This document shows positions 61,669 through 64,000 of a DNA stretch of 64,000 nt, in pieces (positions within the stretch are counted from its first letter, which is position 1; each line of letters begins with the position of its first letter). This stretch comes from Candidatus Sulfomarinibacteraceae bacterium (GTDB lineage: Bacteria > Acidobacteriota > Thermoanaerobaculia > Thermoanaerobaculales > Sulfomarinibacteraceae): contig CAWCLO010000002.1 of the NCBI GenBank assembly GCA_963796455.1, positions 128,001-192,000 of the forward strand, read 5' to 3'. A program made the position numbers and the translations under genes. The notes beneath the pieces were generated by a model. It was given only the letters and a program-made list of their open reading frames with translations. It was not told the origin of the DNA and did no database searches.

Positions 61669-62478
61669 TCACGACGCCTTGAGCAGTACGGCGAGGCTGT
61701 CGTGGAACCGGGCGGCCGGGACCATCACCCGCCCTTCTTTCGATTCGACAATCACCGCGGTCGATGTCATCTGGACGATCGAGCCCCTGATCCCCTCGAT
61801 TTCGATCTCTTGACCGACGCGACACACCTGCGCGACGTACCTCGCCGCAACGATGTTGGCTACCGCAGACCGCGCTCCGAGCGCAAAGGCGAGACCGCCG
61901 GCGGCGAGAATCGAACCCAGAGTTACGGCGAGCACCAGTTCGAGGATCCGGCCCTGGATCCCGAGCTGCTCGAGCGCCATGACGCCCGCAATGGCGAGGA
62001 TCAAGGCGTGGGCGGTGCCCGCGAGAACCTCGGCCTGGGCCTCCAGCCGCATGACGGTCGCCCCCCTGGCGACCAGACCGCGAGCGATACGCGCCACCGC
62101 GAAGCCGCCGACCACCAGCGCCACCGCCGCGATGATGTTCGGCAGATAGACGGCCAGCCTGCTGAAGAGGTCGGTGAGAATCGGCAGACCCAGAATCTCG
62201 ACGGCTGCCACCACGACGAGAATCAGGACGACCCAGAAGACAAAGGAACCGATCACCGCCGGCAGGACCGAGAGCGCACCGCGGGCGCCGGATGCGTCGT
62301 CCTGCTCGGGTCCGAGCGGGAGACGATTCAGAAGCCGACCGCTCAACCTCTTCCCGACCACTGCGAGGAGCTTTGCGACCACCCAGCCGATTGCGACCAG
62401 TACCAGCGCTCCGACGATTGCCGGAATATGTTCGGGAACCGCGTGCAGAATCGCGTCGAGCCATTCCTTTACTCTCAT
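61669..62478 (-). CDS. Small-conductance mechanosensitive channel-like protein
   Basis: TM-helix repeats, 'LAFALG..VANIVA', 'VGQEIEI.GI.G.I'; AGGAGGT RBS. Confidence 0.85.
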   Translation of the reverse strand: MRVKEWLDAILHAVPEHIPAIVGALVLVAIGWVVAKLLAVVGKRLSGRLLNRLPLGPEQDDASGARGALSVLPAVIGSFVFWVVLILVVVAAVEILGLPILTDLFSRLAVYLPNIIAAVALVVGGFAVARIARGLVARGATVMRLEAQAEVLAGTAHALILAIAGVMALEQLGIQGRILELVLAVTLGSILAAGGLAFALGARSAVANIVAARYVAQVCRVGQEIEIEGIRGSIVQMTSTAVIVESKEGRVMVPAARFHDSLAVLLKAS

Positions 62479-62767
62479 TGTGACCTCCTGTTTGATTAGA
62501 ATCCCATAGCGGAGGACTCCGATGACAGTGGAAACAGAGTCTGAGGCGATGAAATTCGCCGTGCGTCTCGGGGCGAACGTTTTTTTGTCCTCTTGAACGG
62601 CTTCCCGTCGAGGGCGACCCACTTTCGCCGGCCGGTTGAACGGTGACGGTCTCGGAGGTCGCGCAGCGGCGTATCAAGAAACTCTGTCTCGAGCGCGACA
62701 TCGAGGAATCGAAAGAGGAAAGATGATCGCCTGACAGTTGTGGTAGGTTTCAGGAGGGCTGTTTCCT

Positions 62768-63796
62768 GTGCAAACACTGCGGCTCGAGGCTTCGCAACTC
62801 GGTGCCCTCACCGGTGCACTGATGACCTGGGGACCGGTATGGGCGCCGGTGGAGACCGAGCCGGGAGTCTTTACGTTGCAGGTGGTGGACGATGAGGCGA
62901 CGGCCCGTCCCGACGCCCTGCGTACCGTGATTCCGTTCAAAAAGCTCCTCCTTCCGGCGAGCTTCGCGATGGTCAGGGGAGGTTTCGGCGACCCGGGCCG
63001 TGCCGATGACCTTGCGGGTGAAGCTGGTCGAGGACCGCAGGTGCTCTTCGGAGCGCACGCCTGCGATATCCATGCCCTGAAGATCCTCGATCTCCTCTAT
63101 CTCTCCGACTATGCCGATCCGTACTACGCCGCGAACCGCAACCACCTTTTGGTGGTCGGATTCGGGTGCTGGCCGGATGACAAGTGCTTTTGCGACTCGC
63201 TCGGAACTTCGACCTCGGACGACGGTTTTGATCTTGCTCTGACCCCGCTCGACGGGCGATTCCTGGTGACCGTGGCGACTTCGAAGGGCGATGACGTGGT
63301 GCGGTCCTGCCGGCACCTCTTCGAGCCCGCCACCTCCGACGACATCGGTGACTACCTGATCCGGTTGCGCGAACGGAGAGCAGCCTTCAAATTGCGGCTC
63401 GACGTGACCGACCTGCCCTACGTGCTGGAGATGAAGAAGGAGGACCCGGTCTGGGACGAACTGGCCCGCAAGTGCCTGTGTTGCGGCTCGTGCTCGATGG
63501 TCTGTCCGACCTGTTCGTGTTTCAATGTCGCCGACCGGATCGACGAGGATGGCACGGCATCTCGCATCCGGTCGTGGGACTCCTGCCTCTATCGTGACTA
63601 TGCGGTGGTGGCCGGAGGCCACAACTTCCGCGCCGATCGTGGGGACAGGGTGCGCACACGTTATTACCACAAGCAGGAGGCCTTCGTACGAGAGTTCGGT
63701 ATGCCGTCGTGCGTCGGCTGCGGCCGCTGCATCGAGAACTGTCCCACAGGCATCCACGTCGTCGAAGTCTTCCAGTACGTGCGGGGTGAGCTGTGA
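62768..63796 (+). CDS. 4Fe-4S subunit of sulfhydrogenase (HydB-like) / anaerobic sulfite reductase (AsrA-like)
   Basis: 'FG..ACD', 'CFC.S.GT', 'CLCCGSCSMVCPTCSCF', 'R.WDSC', 'CVGCGRCIENCP.GI'. Confidence 0.9.
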   Translation: MQTLRLEASQLGALTGALMTWGPVWAPVETEPGVFTLQVVDDEATARPDALRTVIPFKKLLLPASFAMVRGGFGDPGRADDLAGEAGRGPQVLFGAHACDIHALKILDLLYLSDYADPYYAANRNHLLVVGFGCWPDDKCFCDSLGTSTSDDGFDLALTPLDGRFLVTVATSKGDDVVRSCRHLFEPATSDDIGDYLIRLRERRAAFKLRLDVTDLPYVLEMKKEDPVWDELARKCLCCGSCSMVCPTCSCFNVADRIDEDGTASRIRSWDSCLYRDYAVVAGGHNFRADRGDRVRTRYYHKQEAFVREFGMPSCVGCGRCIENCPTGIHVVEVFQYVRGEL

Positions 63797-63999
63797 CCGT
63801 GATTCGAAGCCCGGCGGGCGACGGCGGGCGCGAGCTGGCCACCGGCTCGAACCCCTACCTGCCGGCTCCGGCGCGCATCCTGCAGGTCACCGAGTTGGTA
63901 CGGGACACCCACCTCTTCGAGCTGCGATTCGAAGACCCCCCGCTCGCCGCCGCCTTCACCTATCGCCCCGGCCAGTTCGTCGAGCTGTCGGTCCTCGGG
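63793..63999 (+). CDS. FAD/NAD-binding subunit (HydG/AsrB-like), 3' end truncated by window edge
   Basis: GTGA overlap; translates to ..NPYLPAPARILQV..THLFELRF..FTYRPGQFVELSVLG; not in the ORF track because it has no stop in the window. Confidence 0.85.
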   Translation, partial: MTVIRSPAGDGGRELATGSNPYLPAPARILQVTELVRDTHLFELRFEDPPLAAAFTYRPGQFVELSVLG

Positions 64000-64000
64000 G

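Overview
GC-rich bacterial chromosomal segment with about 44 protein-coding genes; no rRNA, tRNA, CRISPR or transposase was recognised. The gene content suits an anaerobic, peptide-degrading organism from a saline habitat (inference). It includes many exported hydrolases (CocE/S15, S9, C69, M81, a sulfatase, a BNR/VPS10 protein), many ion transporters (NhaC, CPA1, TrkAH, an SLC12-like transporter, MgtE, two MscS-like proteins), monomeric icd, two tandem ppk2 genes, and the start of a sulfhydrogenase/Asr-like operon. Three things stand out. (1) A four-helix-bundle (23S-IVS-protein/Avd-like) gene at 38115-38468 has its Shine-Dalgarno and start codon inside a ~140-nt rod-like hairpin and is bracketed by inverted arrays of 6-7-nt repeats. 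(2) Four alternating-orientation copies of a 0.55-1.05 kb non-coding element lie in the first 15 kb. Each has inverted short-repeat arms around a conserved multi-hairpin core showing covariation and strand-biased G-U pairs, and there is one core-less mini-copy. (3) There are unusual genes and operons: ynbC-sulfotransferase-truncated ynbD, amidohydrolase-QEGLA peptidase-GshB-like ligase, and a tandem kinase/pseudokinase gene. trkA carries two +1 frameshifts. Product calls come from motif recognition by eye, not from database searches.
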